Position numbers and translations under genes: made by a program. Of a DNA stretch of 64,000 nucleotides, positions 36,743-46,630 are shown one piece after another (position 1 is the first letter of the stretch; every line of letters starts with the position of its first letter). Source of the DNA: a candidate division FCPU426 bacterium (lineage in GTDB: Bacteria > Oederibacteriota > JAAXVQ01 > JAUVAV01). Location of the stretch: positions 1,023,078 to 1,087,077 of the forward strand of contig JBFLYH010000002.1 in assembly GCA_040756875.1 (NCBI GenBank), read 5' to 3'. The notes under the pieces were generated by a model, which saw nothing but the letters and a program-made list of their open reading frames with translations, was not told the DNA's origin and did not search any database.

Positions 36743-37334
36743 ATACATCGACCGCTATCTGCAGGACGCGGGCGAGATCATCGCGCGCCTGGACCGTACG
36801 GCCGTGCGCCGGACCCTGGACGTGCTGGTCAAGCTGAAGCAGCGGCAGGGCCGCCTGTTCATCCTGGGAGTGGGCGGCGGCGCAGGGCACGCTTCGCACG
36901 CGGTGAACGACTTCCGGAAGATCGCCGGCATCGAGGCCTACGCGCCCACGGACAATGTCTCCGAACTCACGGCCCGCATCAACGATGAAGGGTGGGAGAA
37001 CGTATTTCTGCGCTGGCTGGAGGGCAGCCGGCTGGGCCCGCAGGACGCGCTGCTGGTCTTTTCCGTGGGCGGCGGTAGCCTGGAGAAGCAGGTCAGCACG
37101 AACCTGGTCCAGGCCCTGCGTCTGGCCCAGGTGCGGGGCGCGCGTATCATCGGCATTGTGGGGCGGGACGGCGGGTTCACCGCCCAGGTCGCGGACGCGG
37201 TGGTCGTGATCCCCACGGTGAACGCGGCGACCATCACCCCCCACACGGAGGCTTTCCAGGCCGTGATCTGGCACCTTCTGGTTTCGCATCCGGAGCTCAA
37301 GGCTCATGAAATGAAATGGGAGTCCCTGCCCTGA
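36729..37334 (+). CDS. gmhA: SIS-domain phosphoheptose isomerase (GmhA-like)
   Basis: G.GGGAGHASHAVNDF, TARIND.GW, G.DGG, PHTE....WH. Confidence 0.8.
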   Translation: METGEYIDRYLQDAGEIIARLDRTAVRRTLDVLVKLKQRQGRLFILGVGGGAGHASHAVNDFRKIAGIEAYAPTDNVSELTARINDEGWENVFLRWLEGSRLGPQDALLVFSVGGGSLEKQVSTNLVQALRLAQVRGARIIGIVGRDGGFTAQVADAVVVIPTVNAATITPHTEAFQAVIWHLLVSHPELKAHEMKWESLP

Positions 37335-37918
37335 TGCCCCGCGCCGTGTTTCTCGACCGGGACGGCGTGCTCAACCGTCTGGTATTCAATCCCGTGACGA
37401 AACGCCACGAGTCGCCGCACGTGCCGCAGGACTTCGCGCTCCTGCCCGGCGTGCTGGACGAGGTCGAACGCCTGCAGGCCGCGGGGTATATGCTCTTTCT
37501 GGTTTCCAACCAGCCCAGTTACGCGCTCGGCAAGACCACCATGGAGAACATCCGCGCCATCCACCAGTTGCTGGAAACGGCGTTCCAGGCGCGGGGGATC
37601 CGCTTTCAGGAGTATTACTACTGCTTCCACCATCCCGAGGGCGTGGTGCCGGATTACACGGCGGATTGCGAATGCCGCAAGCCCAAACCTTACTTCATTT
37701 TGAAAGCCAGGGACGAATTCGACCTGGACCTGGGGAAGTGCTGGCTGGTGGGCGACCAGGATTCGGACGTGCTCTGCGGCCGGGCGTCCGGCGTCCGCAC
37801 CATTCTGGTGGCCGAACCCGACTCGGCCGCGCGGCGCGGGCAAAGCGAACCTGATTTCCACGCCGCCACGCTTGGCCGGGCGGTGGACATCATCCTGGAA
37901 GACGGAGGCACGGCGTGA
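37334..37918 (+). CDS. gmhB: Heptose bisphosphate phosphatase (HAD-IIIA)
   Basis: FLDRDGVLN, VSNQ, C.HHP...CECRKP, VGD..SD. Confidence 0.9.
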   Translation: MPRAVFLDRDGVLNRLVFNPVTKRHESPHVPQDFALLPGVLDEVERLQAAGYMLFLVSNQPSYALGKTTMENIRAIHQLLETAFQARGIRFQEYYYCFHHPEGVVPDYTADCECRKPKPYFILKARDEFDLDLGKCWLVGDQDSDVLCGRASGVRTILVAEPDSAARRGQSEPDFHAATLGRAVDIILEDGGTA

Positions 37919-38634
37919 TTCCGGACCTGCGGCGGCTCAAGATCAAATTGTTCGCGGACGGCGCGGACCTCAAGGCCATGGGTGAGGCCTACCGGTCCGG
38001 GTTGATCAGCGGCTTCACCACCAACCCGACCCTGATGCGCAAGGCCGGGGTGGCGGATTACGCCGCGTTCGCCCGCCAGGCCCTGGCCCTGATTCCGGAC
38101 CTGCCGATTTCGTTCGAGGTGTTTTCCGACGAGTTTGCCGACATGGAGCGCCAGGCCCGGTTGATCGCGGCCTGGGGCCCGAACGTCAACGTCAAGATTC
38201 CGGTCACGAATACGCGCGGCGAATTTTCCGGGCCCCTGCTGGAGCGGCTCACGGCCGAGGGCGTCAGCGTCAATGTCACGGCCTGCGCTTCGCTGGAGCA
38301 GGTGAAAGCCGTGGCGCCCCGGCTGGCCAAGCGCACGGCCAGCATCGTATCAGTGTTCGCCGGCCGGGTGGCGGATACAGGGCGCGATCCCATACCCCTG
38401 ATGAAGGCCGCCAAGCGCGTCCTCCGCTCCCGGCCCGCCTGCCGGCTGCTGTGGGCGAGCCCGCGGGAGGTCCTCAACATATTCCAGGCTGAAGCCAGCG
38501 GCTGCGACATCATCACGTTGACCCCGGACATCCAGAAAAAACTGGGGTTGATCGGGCGCGGCCTGGAGGACGTCTCTTTGGATACCGTGAAGATGTTCGA
38601 CCAGGACGCCAAAGCCGCAGGCTTTACGCTTTAA
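37915..38634 (+). CDS. tal: Transaldolase (short type)
   Basis: LFADGAD, GFTTNPTLMRK, VKIP (Schiff-base Lys), SVFAGR.AD, LLWAS.RE. Confidence 0.85.
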   Translation: MIPDLRRLKIKLFADGADLKAMGEAYRSGLISGFTTNPTLMRKAGVADYAAFARQALALIPDLPISFEVFSDEFADMERQARLIAAWGPNVNVKIPVTNTRGEFSGPLLERLTAEGVSVNVTACASLEQVKAVAPRLAKRTASIVSVFAGRVADTGRDPIPLMKAAKRVLRSRPACRLLWASPREVLNIFQAEASGCDIITLTPDIQKKLGLIGRGLEDVSLDTVKMFDQDAKAAGFTL

Positions 38635-38667
38635 AGAGAAACGTTTTTCATGGACCTCACGGAGGCG

Positions 38668-38747
38668 GTCATTGCGAGGACCAGAGGGACGAAGCAATCT
38701 GGACGGTCAAGAACGCGATTGCTTCACAAGAGAACGCTCGCAATGAC
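38668..38747. repeat. GTCATTGCGAG..GAAGCAATC..GATTGCTTC..CTCGCAATGAC palindromic intergenic repeat
   Basis: Terminal IR gtcattgcgag/ctcgcaatgac and inner IR gaagcaatc/gattgcttc, after the tal stop codon. Confidence 0.75.
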
Positions 38748-38774
38748 TGCAAGCGGAGCGAGGGGATAATTCGC

Positions 38775-39812
38775 ATGAGTCTGATTAAAAAGAAGAGATT
38801 CTGGCTGGGATTGGCCGTCACTGCGGTCCTGCTTTACCTGGTGTTCCGCCAGGTGGACTGGGCCGAGCTGCTCCAGGCGCTCAGGGACGCGCAGTACGGC
38901 TGGCTGGTCCCGGCCTTGGCGGTGTATTTATTCGGATACTGGCTGAGGGCCGTGCGCTGGAGCTACCTCCTGAATTCGGTGAAGCCCCTCTCCTGGCAGA
39001 ACCTGTTTCCGCCGCTGATCCTGGGGTTCATGGCCAACAACGTGCTGCCTGCCCGCGCGGGCGAGTTCGTTCCCGCCTACGTGGTGGGCAAGCGCGAGGG
39101 CGTGTCCAAGGCCTCGGTGTTCGCCACCATGATCATGCAGCGCGCCTTCGACGGCCTGGTCATGGTGCTGCTGGCCGGAGTGGTCCTGGCCCTGTTCCAG
39201 GTGCCGCGCACGCCGGCCAACGCCAGTTTCGTGGACCTGGTCAACACCGTGGTCGACCTCACCACGCTCCTGTTCATCGTGCTGTTCGCCGTGCTGTTCG
39301 CGCTCATCACCTGGAAAGAGCGGGCCGTGGCGGTGCTCAACCGCGTCCTGCGCATCCTGCCCGCGGGCCTGCAGCCGCGGGTTTCCCGCCTGGCCTCGTC
39401 GTTCATCTCGGGCCTGGCTGGATTGCGCAACCGCAAAGACAGCCTGCTGGCCTTCCTGTTCTCCCTGCTGGCCTGGCTGTGCGAAAGCGCGGCCTATTAT
39501 TTCGTGCTGCTGGCTTTTTCCCTGCACCTGCCGCTGTACGCGGCGGTCATGTTGATGGCCGTGGTCAACCTGGGCATCATGCTGCCTTCCTCCCCGGGCT
39601 ATGTGGGGCCGTTCGAATTTTTCGGCGTGAGCACCCTCCGCTTCTTCGGCGTCGACAAAAGTATATCCTTGCCCTGCATTCTGGTGATTCACGCCCTCAT
39701 CTGGCTGCCCATCACGCTGTGGGGATTGTATTACATGTGGACGTGGAAGCTCTCCTTCCACGAGATCGAAGACACGGCGGAACGGAATGCGCCGGAAACC
39801 GGAGCGAACTGA
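38775..39812 (+). CDS. Lysylphosphatidylglycerol synthase TM domain / flippase-like protein (UPF0104)
   Basis: LRAVRW..LL, N.VLPARAGE, R.FDGL, PSSPGYVG.FE; multi-TM. Confidence 0.85.
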   Translation: MSLIKKKRFWLGLAVTAVLLYLVFRQVDWAELLQALRDAQYGWLVPALAVYLFGYWLRAVRWSYLLNSVKPLSWQNLFPPLILGFMANNVLPARAGEFVPAYVVGKREGVSKASVFATMIMQRAFDGLVMVLLAGVVLALFQVPRTPANASFVDLVNTVVDLTTLLFIVLFAVLFALITWKERAVAVLNRVLRILPAGLQPRVSRLASSFISGLAGLRNRKDSLLAFLFSLLAWLCESAAYYFVLLAFSLHLPLYAAVMLMAVVNLGIMLPSSPGYVGPFEFFGVSTLRFFGVDKSISLPCILVIHALIWLPITLWGLYYMWTWKLSFHEIEDTAERNAPETGAN

Positions 39813-41210
39813 ATGCGGATCGGAATTGTAGGCGCCGGCTTGACCGGCTTGGCGGCCGGGCGGGCCCTGGCCCGAGCCGGACACCAGGTGGTGGTGGCCG
39901 AACAGGCACCCGAACCGGGCGGGCTGGCCGGGACGTTTGCCTATGGCGGCACGCGGCTGGAAATGTTCTACCACCACATTTTCACCACGGACCTGGAAAC
40001 GATCCGCTTCATCCGCGACCTGGGCCTGTCGGACCGGCTCCTCTGGCGCGAGACGCCCATGGGCATCTACTCCCAGGGGCGCCTGCAAAAGTTCGCCACG
40101 CCCTGGGACCTGCTGAGGTTCAGGCCGCTTTCGCCGGCCAACCGGCTGCGGTTCGGGCTCTGCATCCTCTACCTGTCGCGCGTGAAGCGCTGGCGTGGGT
40201 ACGAGCAAGTCCGCGCCAAGGACTGGATTTTGCGCGCCTTCGGCCAACAGGCCTGGGACGTGATTTGGGGCCCCCTGCTGCACGGAAAATTCGGCGACTA
40301 TGCGAACGACATCGGCATGCCCTGGTTTTATTCGCGCATCCACACCCGCGCCGGAAGCAGGGAACAGGGCATGATGAAGGAAAGCCTGGGCTACCTGCAG
40401 GGGAGCTTCCAGGTGCTGCATGAAGCCCTGGCGGCGGAGATCACGGCCCGCGGCGGCCGCGTCCGCTGCGGGGAGAGCGTGCGTTCGCTGATCGTGGAGC
40501 AGGGACGGGTCGCCGGCTGGCGCACCTCCCGCGGCCGGGAACGGCTCGATGCGGTGCTGGCCACCCAGGCGCCGCCGGCCTTGTGGCCCATGCTGCCCGC
40601 GAACCTCGGCGGCGATTATTGGGACCGGCTGCGGCAAGTGGAGTACCTGGGCAACGTGTGCGCGGTCCTCACCCTGAAACGCTCGCTGTCGCCCATTTAT
40701 TGGATGAACGTGCCTGACCTGGCCAGCCCGTTCATCGCGGTGATCGAGCACACCAATTTCATCCGGCCCGAGACCTACGGCGGGCGGCACGTACTCTACC
40801 TTTCCAGCTACGTGCCAACCAGACATCCCCGGTACCGGGCCGGGGACGACGCGGTGCTGCACGAATTCTACGCCTACCTGTCGCGCGTCGTGCCGGGCTT
40901 CGAGCCTTCGGACGTCCTGGAAACGCGCGTGTTCCGGGCCCCCTACGCCCAACCCGTGATCAGGACCGGGTTCGGCGAGCGGCTGGTGCCGCACCCGGCG
41001 CCGCTTTCCGGATTGTTTCTGGCCAACATGGCCCAAATCTATCCGGAGGACCGGGGCATGAGCTACAGCCTTCGGCTCGGCCTCCGCGTGGCGCAGGACA
41101 TATTGAAGTATGAGCCACCGGCGGCCGTTCCGGCTGCCCGGAGGACTGCGCGCATAAAAATCAAACTGAAGGACCAAGGAGGCAAAGCACGTGTCAAAAG
41201 CAGACGCTAA
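39813..41210 (+). CDS. FAD-dependent oxidoreductase (protoporphyrinogen oxidase/amine oxidase-like, glycan-locus type)
   Basis: GAGLTGLAA, GGLAG, FYHHIF, IYPEDRG. Confidence 0.85.
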   Translation: MRIGIVGAGLTGLAAGRALARAGHQVVVAEQAPEPGGLAGTFAYGGTRLEMFYHHIFTTDLETIRFIRDLGLSDRLLWRETPMGIYSQGRLQKFATPWDLLRFRPLSPANRLRFGLCILYLSRVKRWRGYEQVRAKDWILRAFGQQAWDVIWGPLLHGKFGDYANDIGMPWFYSRIHTRAGSREQGMMKESLGYLQGSFQVLHEALAAEITARGGRVRCGESVRSLIVEQGRVAGWRTSRGRERLDAVLATQAPPALWPMLPANLGGDYWDRLRQVEYLGNVCAVLTLKRSLSPIYWMNVPDLASPFIAVIEHTNFIRPETYGGRHVLYLSSYVPTRHPRYRAGDDAVLHEFYAYLSRVVPGFEPSDVLETRVFRAPYAQPVIRTGFGERLVPHPAPLSGLFLANMAQIYPEDRGMSYSLRLGLRVAQDILKYEPPAAVPAARRTARIKIKLKDQGGKARVKSRR

Positions 41211-41913
41211 ACCCCAGCCGCTGCCGCGGCTGGATATTTCTGCGTTTTTCCCGGCCTACAACGAGGCCGACAATCTCGAGGCGCTGACCCGCCGCACGGC
41301 CGAAACCCTGGCCCGGGTCGCCGGCCGCTGGGAAATCATCATCGTGGACGACGGTTCCCGCGACCACACGCCCGAAGTGGCGCGCAAGCTCGCCGCGGAG
41401 ATTCCCCAGGTCCGCTACCTGCGCCACGAGCGCAACCAGGGCTACGGCGGCGCGGTGAAAACCGGCCTGCGGGAAGCGAAACTCGAGTGGATTTTTTTCA
41501 CGGACGGCGACGGCCAGTTCGACACGCGGGAACTGGAGCGGCTGCTTCCGGCCGCGGCGGCGGCGGATTTCGTGGCCGGATACCGCCTGAAGCGCCGCGA
41601 CCCGTTCATGCGCCTGCTCAACGCCTGGGCCTGGGGCACCATGGTGCGCACGCTGTTCGGCCTTTCCGTCCGCGACATCGACTGCGCCTTCAAACTCTTC
41701 CGGCGGCGCGTGGTGGACCAGGTGGAGTTCAAGGCCAGCGGCGCCATGATTTCCACGGAACTCCTGGCGCGCGCGAAAAAGGCCGGTTACCGCTTCGCCC
41801 AGGTGGGGGTCAACCATTACCCGCGCACGGCCGGCACCCAGACCGGAGCCAAGCTCTCGGTCATCGCCCGCGCCTTCCGCGAACTGTTCAAGCTGTACCG
41901 CGAACTGAAATGA
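41191..41913 (+). CDS. GT2 glycosyltransferase (DPM/DPG-synthase-like)
   Basis: PAYNE, VDDGSRD, N.GYG.A, FTDGDGQFD, DIDCAFKLF. Confidence 0.9.
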   Translation: MSKADAKPQPLPRLDISAFFPAYNEADNLEALTRRTAETLARVAGRWEIIIVDDGSRDHTPEVARKLAAEIPQVRYLRHERNQGYGGAVKTGLREAKLEWIFFTDGDGQFDTRELERLLPAAAAADFVAGYRLKRRDPFMRLLNAWAWGTMVRTLFGLSVRDIDCAFKLFRRRVVDQVEFKASGAMISTELLARAKKAGYRFAQVGVNHYPRTAGTQTGAKLSVIARAFRELFKLYRELK

Positions 41914-41932
41914 CCGGAGCCTAGGAGCTGCC

Positions 41933-42658
41933 ATGGTCCGCTCCATTTCGAAAAACCGTCTGGTCCGCAATATTTTCACCAAACTTGCGGACGCTTACGA
42001 CCAGGTGGAGCCTGCCCTGACCTTCGGCCGGGGGGATGCCTGGCGGTTGCGTGCGGTCCAGCAGGCGCGTTTGACCAAACCGCACCGCATTCTCGACGCC
42101 TGCTCGGGCATTGGCCACATGTCGCGGCAGCTGGCCAACAGCTTCGGGCCCCAGACCCATATCGTGGCCGTTGATTTCTGCCCGGCCATGGTGGCCGTGG
42201 CCAAGCAGAAACTCCGCGTCCACCATCTGCACCGCCGCGTGGAATTCAAGACCGAAAATGTCGAGATCATGCCATTTCCCGACGAATTTTTCGACGCGGT
42301 GTTCCTCAGCTTCGGCTTGCGGTTCGTGTCCGACATCCGGACCGTGCTGCGGGAGTGCCAGCGGGTCTTGCGGCGCGGCCGCCCGCTCGTGGTCCTGGAA
42401 TTGGCGGCCCCGCGCCAGCCGCTTAGGTTGCCGATCCAGATCTACCGCGAGTTCCTTTTCCCGTTTGTGGGACAGTGGCAAACCAAGCTGTCGAGGGTCC
42501 TGCTCCATCCGTTGCACGATTCCCTGCGGCATTTCCCGGACGCGGACAAGCTGAGCCGGATGCTGATCAGGGCCGGCTTCGACGAGGTTGAATATCAACG
42601 CCTGGGCGGCGGCGTGGCCACGCTGCATCGCGCCGTCAAACCCGGCGAAGCGGAATGA
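41933..42658 (+). CDS. ubiE: Ubiquinone/menaquinone biosynthesis methyltransferase (UbiE/MenG family)
   Basis: V..IF...A..YD.....TFG....WR, LDACSGIG, PFPDEFFDAV..SFGLR.V.D, L..S...FP, GGVATLH. Confidence 0.75.
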   Translation: MVRSISKNRLVRNIFTKLADAYDQVEPALTFGRGDAWRLRAVQQARLTKPHRILDACSGIGHMSRQLANSFGPQTHIVAVDFCPAMVAVAKQKLRVHHLHRRVEFKTENVEIMPFPDEFFDAVFLSFGLRFVSDIRTVLRECQRVLRRGRPLVVLELAAPRQPLRLPIQIYREFLFPFVGQWQTKLSRVLLHPLHDSLRHFPDADKLSRMLIRAGFDEVEYQRLGGGVATLHRAVKPGEAE

Positions 42659-42736
42659 TCAGCGCCGCAGAAAAAGACGCATGAAAATCCGCCCAAGGCG
42701 GTCTAAATAACAAACCCCTGTTCATGGAGGATAATC

Positions 42737-43675
42737 ATGTTGAAAAGAACAAGCATCGCCTTATGTCTGGCCCTGCTCGCGGCAAACGCCGCGCAGGCGG
42801 ACGGCAACAACTACGGATCAGCGGCGTATTGGACGCAGGGCGCCGGCAGCCGGGCCGCGGGCATGGGCGGCGCCTTCGTGGCGCTGGCCGACGACGCCAC
42901 AGCCGGGTATTGGAACCCGGCCGGCCTGGGGCAGATGGACCTCTATCTCTACCAGGCGGCGCTGCAGTACGTCTTTCTGCAGGATCAAATGAGTTCCAGT
43001 TATCTCTCCTATTCCTTCCAGTTGCCGGAAATCGGGGCTTTCTCGCTTTCCTGGATTAATTTTTCCATCAGCGGGCTGGAAGGCCGCGACGACCTGGGTG
43101 CTGTCACCGAGACGTTCGGCAGCAGCGAGAACACCATTTGGGCGAGTTATGGCCGCAAAGTGTATGAGTGGGTGAAGGGGCTGTCCCTGGGCGCCAGCCT
43201 CAAGTTTTTACACCACGGCATCGGCGAATTCCAGGCCGTGGGGCACGGCTTGGACGTGGGGGCGTTGTGGCAGCCGTTTCTGCAATGGGACCACACGGTG
43301 GGTCTGAACGTGCAAAACCTGTTTCAGCGAGTATATTGGCAGACCGGCGAAAACACCCTGGATCCCTCGCTGGTAAACGCCAAACTGGGCGTCGCCTTGA
43401 AATTTTTCCCCTCCCAGGAGGAAGTGTATTTCAACCACCTGATCACGGCCGTGGATCTGGAATTCGGCGAGTATTACCGTTTTGCCTACCGCCTGGGAGC
43501 CGAATATTGGTACCAGGCCAGCCTGGGATTGAGGGCCGGGTTCTCGGGCCAGGAAGTCACTTTTGGCGCTTCCTACCGGCCCGAATACTATGAGGTGGAT
43601 TACGCATTTCTCTACGATCTCTCCGAACTGGGCCGTCACCAGCACCGCGTCACGCTCTTACTGCGGTTTAAATAG
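42737..43675 (+). CDS. PorV/PorQ-like outer-membrane beta-barrel
   Basis: Signal peptide; GAGSRAAGMGGAFVALADDATAGYWNPAGL plug motif; DYAF...LG..HR.TL..RF C-terminus. Confidence 0.8.
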   Translation: MLKRTSIALCLALLAANAAQADGNNYGSAAYWTQGAGSRAAGMGGAFVALADDATAGYWNPAGLGQMDLYLYQAALQYVFLQDQMSSSYLSYSFQLPEIGAFSLSWINFSISGLEGRDDLGAVTETFGSSENTIWASYGRKVYEWVKGLSLGASLKFLHHGIGEFQAVGHGLDVGALWQPFLQWDHTVGLNVQNLFQRVYWQTGENTLDPSLVNAKLGVALKFFPSQEEVYFNHLITAVDLEFGEYYRFAYRLGAEYWYQASLGLRAGFSGQEVTFGASYRPEYYEVDYAFLYDLSELGRHQHRVTLLLRFK

Positions 43676-43712
43676 GGTTTTTCCGGGTTCGGACGCCTTT
43701 GGCCTATTGACC

Positions 43713-43741
43713 TTGAGCCAGCCTGTAAAATAAGCTATACT
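43713..43741 (+). promoter_or_regulatory. Putative sigma70 promoter
   Basis: TTGAGC-N17-TATACT ending about 30 bp upstream of ATG 43771. Confidence 0.5.
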
Positions 43742-43770
43742 GAAAGTATTCAACCGAAGAGGGGCTGGGT

Positions 43771-44790
43771 ATGTCTTCAAGGCGTTGCCGATACATCCTC
43801 GCGGGATTGCTGGCCGGCTGGTTTTGTGCCGGCGGAGCGCAGGCCGAAGAGCTGATCCTGAACGGCCAGTTTGAAATCACGAGCGGCGGCGGCATACCGA
43901 ACTGGGTGACCGGCGCGAGTCCGGCTGCTTTTTATCCCACCCAACATTTGGGCGTCATTCACCACACCGGAGTCACGAACACCGCCGTGGTGGCGCCGGG
44001 CAACAGCCTGGGCGGCTACACCAATTCCTACATTTCCCAATACGTGGCCGTGCCGAGGGATGCCCTGGGCGCGACTATAACCGCTTATTACCAGTGGTTT
44101 GTGACCTATATTTTCGGGACCCAGCTCTATGCCGACGCCACCTTTGGCGGCGTCCAGCTTTTGCGGGAGCAGGGCAACGGGTTTCTGGTCCAGCCCACGC
44201 CCACGCCCGGATGGACGCGGATCGACAAATACATCAATTTGAGCACCTATGGCGGCCAGAACGTCCAACTGGTTTTTCGCGCCTATGACGACGGCATTTC
44301 GGACGCCAATTTCATCCGCGTGGACGATGTGACCTTGGACGTGATCACTGCCACGAGGACCAACACCCCCACCATCACGCCTACCCCGACCATTACGCCG
44401 ACCTATACCATCAGCCCCACCTGGAGCGCGACGTCGACGATGACGCCGACCTATACCATCACCCCGACCATTTCTCCCACCTCCACCATCACGCCCTATG
44501 CCGTGCCCGGCGGGGATGCGGTGGCTTTTCCCAACCCCGCGGCCGGAAACAGCGTAACCTTTATGTATTCACTCGGCGAACCTTCGGACATCAGCGTGGA
44601 TGTCTACAATCTGCTGGGCTTGAAGGCGGCCCACCTGGAAGACAAGAATCAACCGGGGCTCATCAACCGGAAAACCACCTGGGACATCAGCCGGGTGGCT
44701 CCGGGTGTCTACCTTTACCAGGTGACGGCCAGGACCCAGAGCGGGCAAGTGACCAAGACCAAGTTCAAGCGCCTGGTCATCACCAAGTGA
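43771..44790 (+). CDS. Secreted protein: jelly-roll-like domain, Thr/Pro repeat linker, T9SS-CTD-like tail
   Basis: Signal peptide (AQA); LILNGQFE...VDDV; about 50-aa TPT repeat; AFPNP...VYNLLG...WD....APGVYLY...KRLVITK. Confidence 0.75.
   Translation: MSSRRCRYILAGLLAGWFCAGGAQAEELILNGQFEITSGGGIPNWVTGASPAAFYPTQHLGVIHHTGVTNTAVVAPGNSLGGYTNSYISQYVAVPRDALGATITAYYQWFVTYIFGTQLYADATFGGVQLLREQGNGFLVQPTPTPGWTRIDKYINLSTYGGQNVQLVFRAYDDGISDANFIRVDDVTLDVITATRTNTPTITPTPTITPTYTISPTWSATSTMTPTYTITPTISPTSTITPYAVPGGDAVAFPNPAAGNSVTFMYSLGEPSDISVDVYNLLGLKAAHLEDKNQPGLINRKTTWDISRVAPGVYLYQVTARTQSGQVTKTKFKRLVITK
44347..44496 (+). repeat. Coding Thr/Pro hexapeptide-like tandem repeat
   Basis: TATRTNTPTITPTPTITPTYTISPTWSATSTMTPTYTITPTISPTSTITP. 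Confidence 0.8.
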
Positions 44791-44812
44791 TTCCGCGACC
44801 GACGGGAAGCCT

Positions 44813-46630
44813 ATGCGCAAACCATTTTGCCTGCTGACCATTCTGTGCCTCTGTCCCGGCCTGCTGGGTGCTGCTGAAACGGAGCAAACCTATCCTTACA
44901 GCCGTTTGGCTTTGCCGGAGCTTCAATTGGGGGTAGGCGCGCGGTCCACGGCCATGGGTGGCGCCCAGGCTGCGCTCGTTTCCGGCGTATCCAGCCTCTA
45001 CGGCAACCCGGCCGGGCTGGGGTATTTGACCGTTCCTGAAGCCGAATTCATCCATCATACCTGGATACAGGACATCAATCAGGAAACGCTGCTTTTCGGC
45101 CTGCCCATCGTCAAACAGCTAAGCCTGGCAGCCGGGCTCAGCTATCTGGGGCTGGGCACGCTCGAACCCACCGGTATCACGTCGGACGGCGAGTTGGTCC
45201 TCAAAGACGGGAAAATCAATCTGAGCATGATCGGCGTGAGCTTGGGACAGGGCTGGCGGATCACTCCCCAGCTCTCCGCGGGCGCCGCGTTGCGGTTCTA
45301 TTTGCAGGAGTTGGGGGACGCCCAGCCTATGACGGTTTTGGCGGACCTGGGCGGACTCTACGCCTTGTCGCCGGAACTCATGTTGGGGCTCTCGGTTTCC
45401 CAATTGGGCCTGGGAGTGGGTGGGTATTCCCTGCCCATGGCCATGCGCGTAGGCGGGGCATACAATTGGGCTTTGCAGCGCGACCACCTGCTTCGGCCGG
45501 TTTTGGACGTAGAGTTGCTGCTGGCCGCGCCGGAAGCATCGTGGATTCACGCCGGCGTGGAGTATCAGCTCTACGAAGTGCTGTTGATCCGCTTGGGGTA
45601 TCAATTCACCGCTGCGCCCGGGCCGTCCGGGCTGACCGGATTGACCGCCGGCCTGGGGCTGAATCTGAGCCAGTGGACCCTGGGGTACACCGCCTCGCCG
45701 CAGGGCGACCTGGGGTTGTCCCACCGCCTGTCCATCGGGCTCAAATTCGGGAACTTTTCTACTCCGCAGGGAAAGTCCAAAACCAAAGCGCGGAAACAAG
45801 ATGCATCCGAGCGGGCCCCCAATCTGCCCAATCTTGAATACCCGGCCATTCCCTCCTTCACGCCCCGCCAAGGGTCCTCGCTGACGCAGGAGGAAGCGGC
45901 CATGCGGTCGCTGTTGAAAGAGAACCTGCGCGTTGACACCAAGGTCGCCCGGGTGCCCGGCGGGACGGCGGCCCAGCGGGAAGTCGTCTTCCTGGTGCGC
46001 CGGATGTCCGGTCCCCGCATCGTTAAGTGGAAGCTGGAGCTGTCGGACCCGAGTGGAAAGCCGCTGCACAGCCTGACTGGGGAAGGAATGCCGGACAAAA
46101 TCCAGTGGGATGGCAAGAACGCGAAAGGCCAAGCCGTCGAAGATCTCACCGGGGTGCGTTACGAATTGACCTTGACGGACGTGAACAACCAGAGTGAATC
46201 GCAAAGCGGGCGCATCGGCGTGAGTTCCGAAGGCACGCTGCCGGCCGCCAAGGGCGCGGAGCAAAAAGGCGGCGACTTCGTGGACAGCCGCGAATTCGGG
46301 CCGATCTTGTTCGAACGGGGCCGGTCGGAAATTTCCGGCTCCGCGGCCAAACTGATCGCCGAGGCGGCGAAATTCATCCGGGACCACCCCAACAGCAAGG
46401 TCTTTATCGCGGGCTACGCGGACGCCATGGAAGAAGGGCAGCAGAAACTGTTTCTATCCAAAAGCCGGGCTGAAGCCGTGGCGCGTTATTTGACCGCCTA
46501 TCATAAAGTACCCATTTCCAGGATACTGGTCCGCGGCCGGGGCGACAAAGAGCCCGCGGGCAACACCCTCGATCCGGATGAGCGTTACCGCAACCGGCGG
46601 GTGGTGATCACGGTGAAGGGGAGACAGTAG
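44813..46630 (+). CDS. PorV/PorQ-like barrel fused to an Ig-like domain and an OmpA peptidoglycan-binding domain
   Basis: GARSTAMGGA...NPAGL; GDLG.SHR.S; W.LEL.....WDGK..Y.LTL.D; F..G.S.I...I.GYAD...LS..RAEAV..YL...GRG...P...NRRV.I. Confidence 0.8.
   Translation: MRKPFCLLTILCLCPGLLGAAETEQTYPYSRLALPELQLGVGARSTAMGGAQAALVSGVSSLYGNPAGLGYLTVPEAEFIHHTWIQDINQETLLFGLPIVKQLSLAAGLSYLGLGTLEPTGITSDGELVLKDGKINLSMIGVSLGQGWRITPQLSAGAALRFYLQELGDAQPMTVLADLGGLYALSPELMLGLSVSQLGLGVGGYSLPMAMRVGGAYNWALQRDHLLRPVLDVELLLAAPEASWIHAGVEYQLYEVLLIRLGYQFTAAPGPSGLTGLTAGLGLNLSQWTLGYTASPQGDLGLSHRLSIGLKFGNFSTPQGKSKTKARKQDASERAPNLPNLEYPAIPSFTPRQGSSLTQEEAAMRSLLKENLRVDTKVARVPGGTAAQREVVFLVRRMSGPRIVKWKLELSDPSGKPLHSLTGEGMPDKIQWDGKNAKGQAVEDLTGVRYELTLTDVNNQSESQSGRIGVSSEGTLPAAKGAEQKGGDFVDSREFGPILFERGRSEISGSAAKLIAEAAKFIRDHPNSKVFIAGYADAMEEGQQKLFLSKSRAEAVARYLTAYHKVPISRILVRGRGDKEPAGNTLDPDERYRNRRVVITVKGRQ

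Noticed and set aside
38928-41177. 749-aa minus-strand ORF
   Set aside because: It is antisense to two clearly recognisable plus-strand genes, a typical GC-rich codon-bias artefact.
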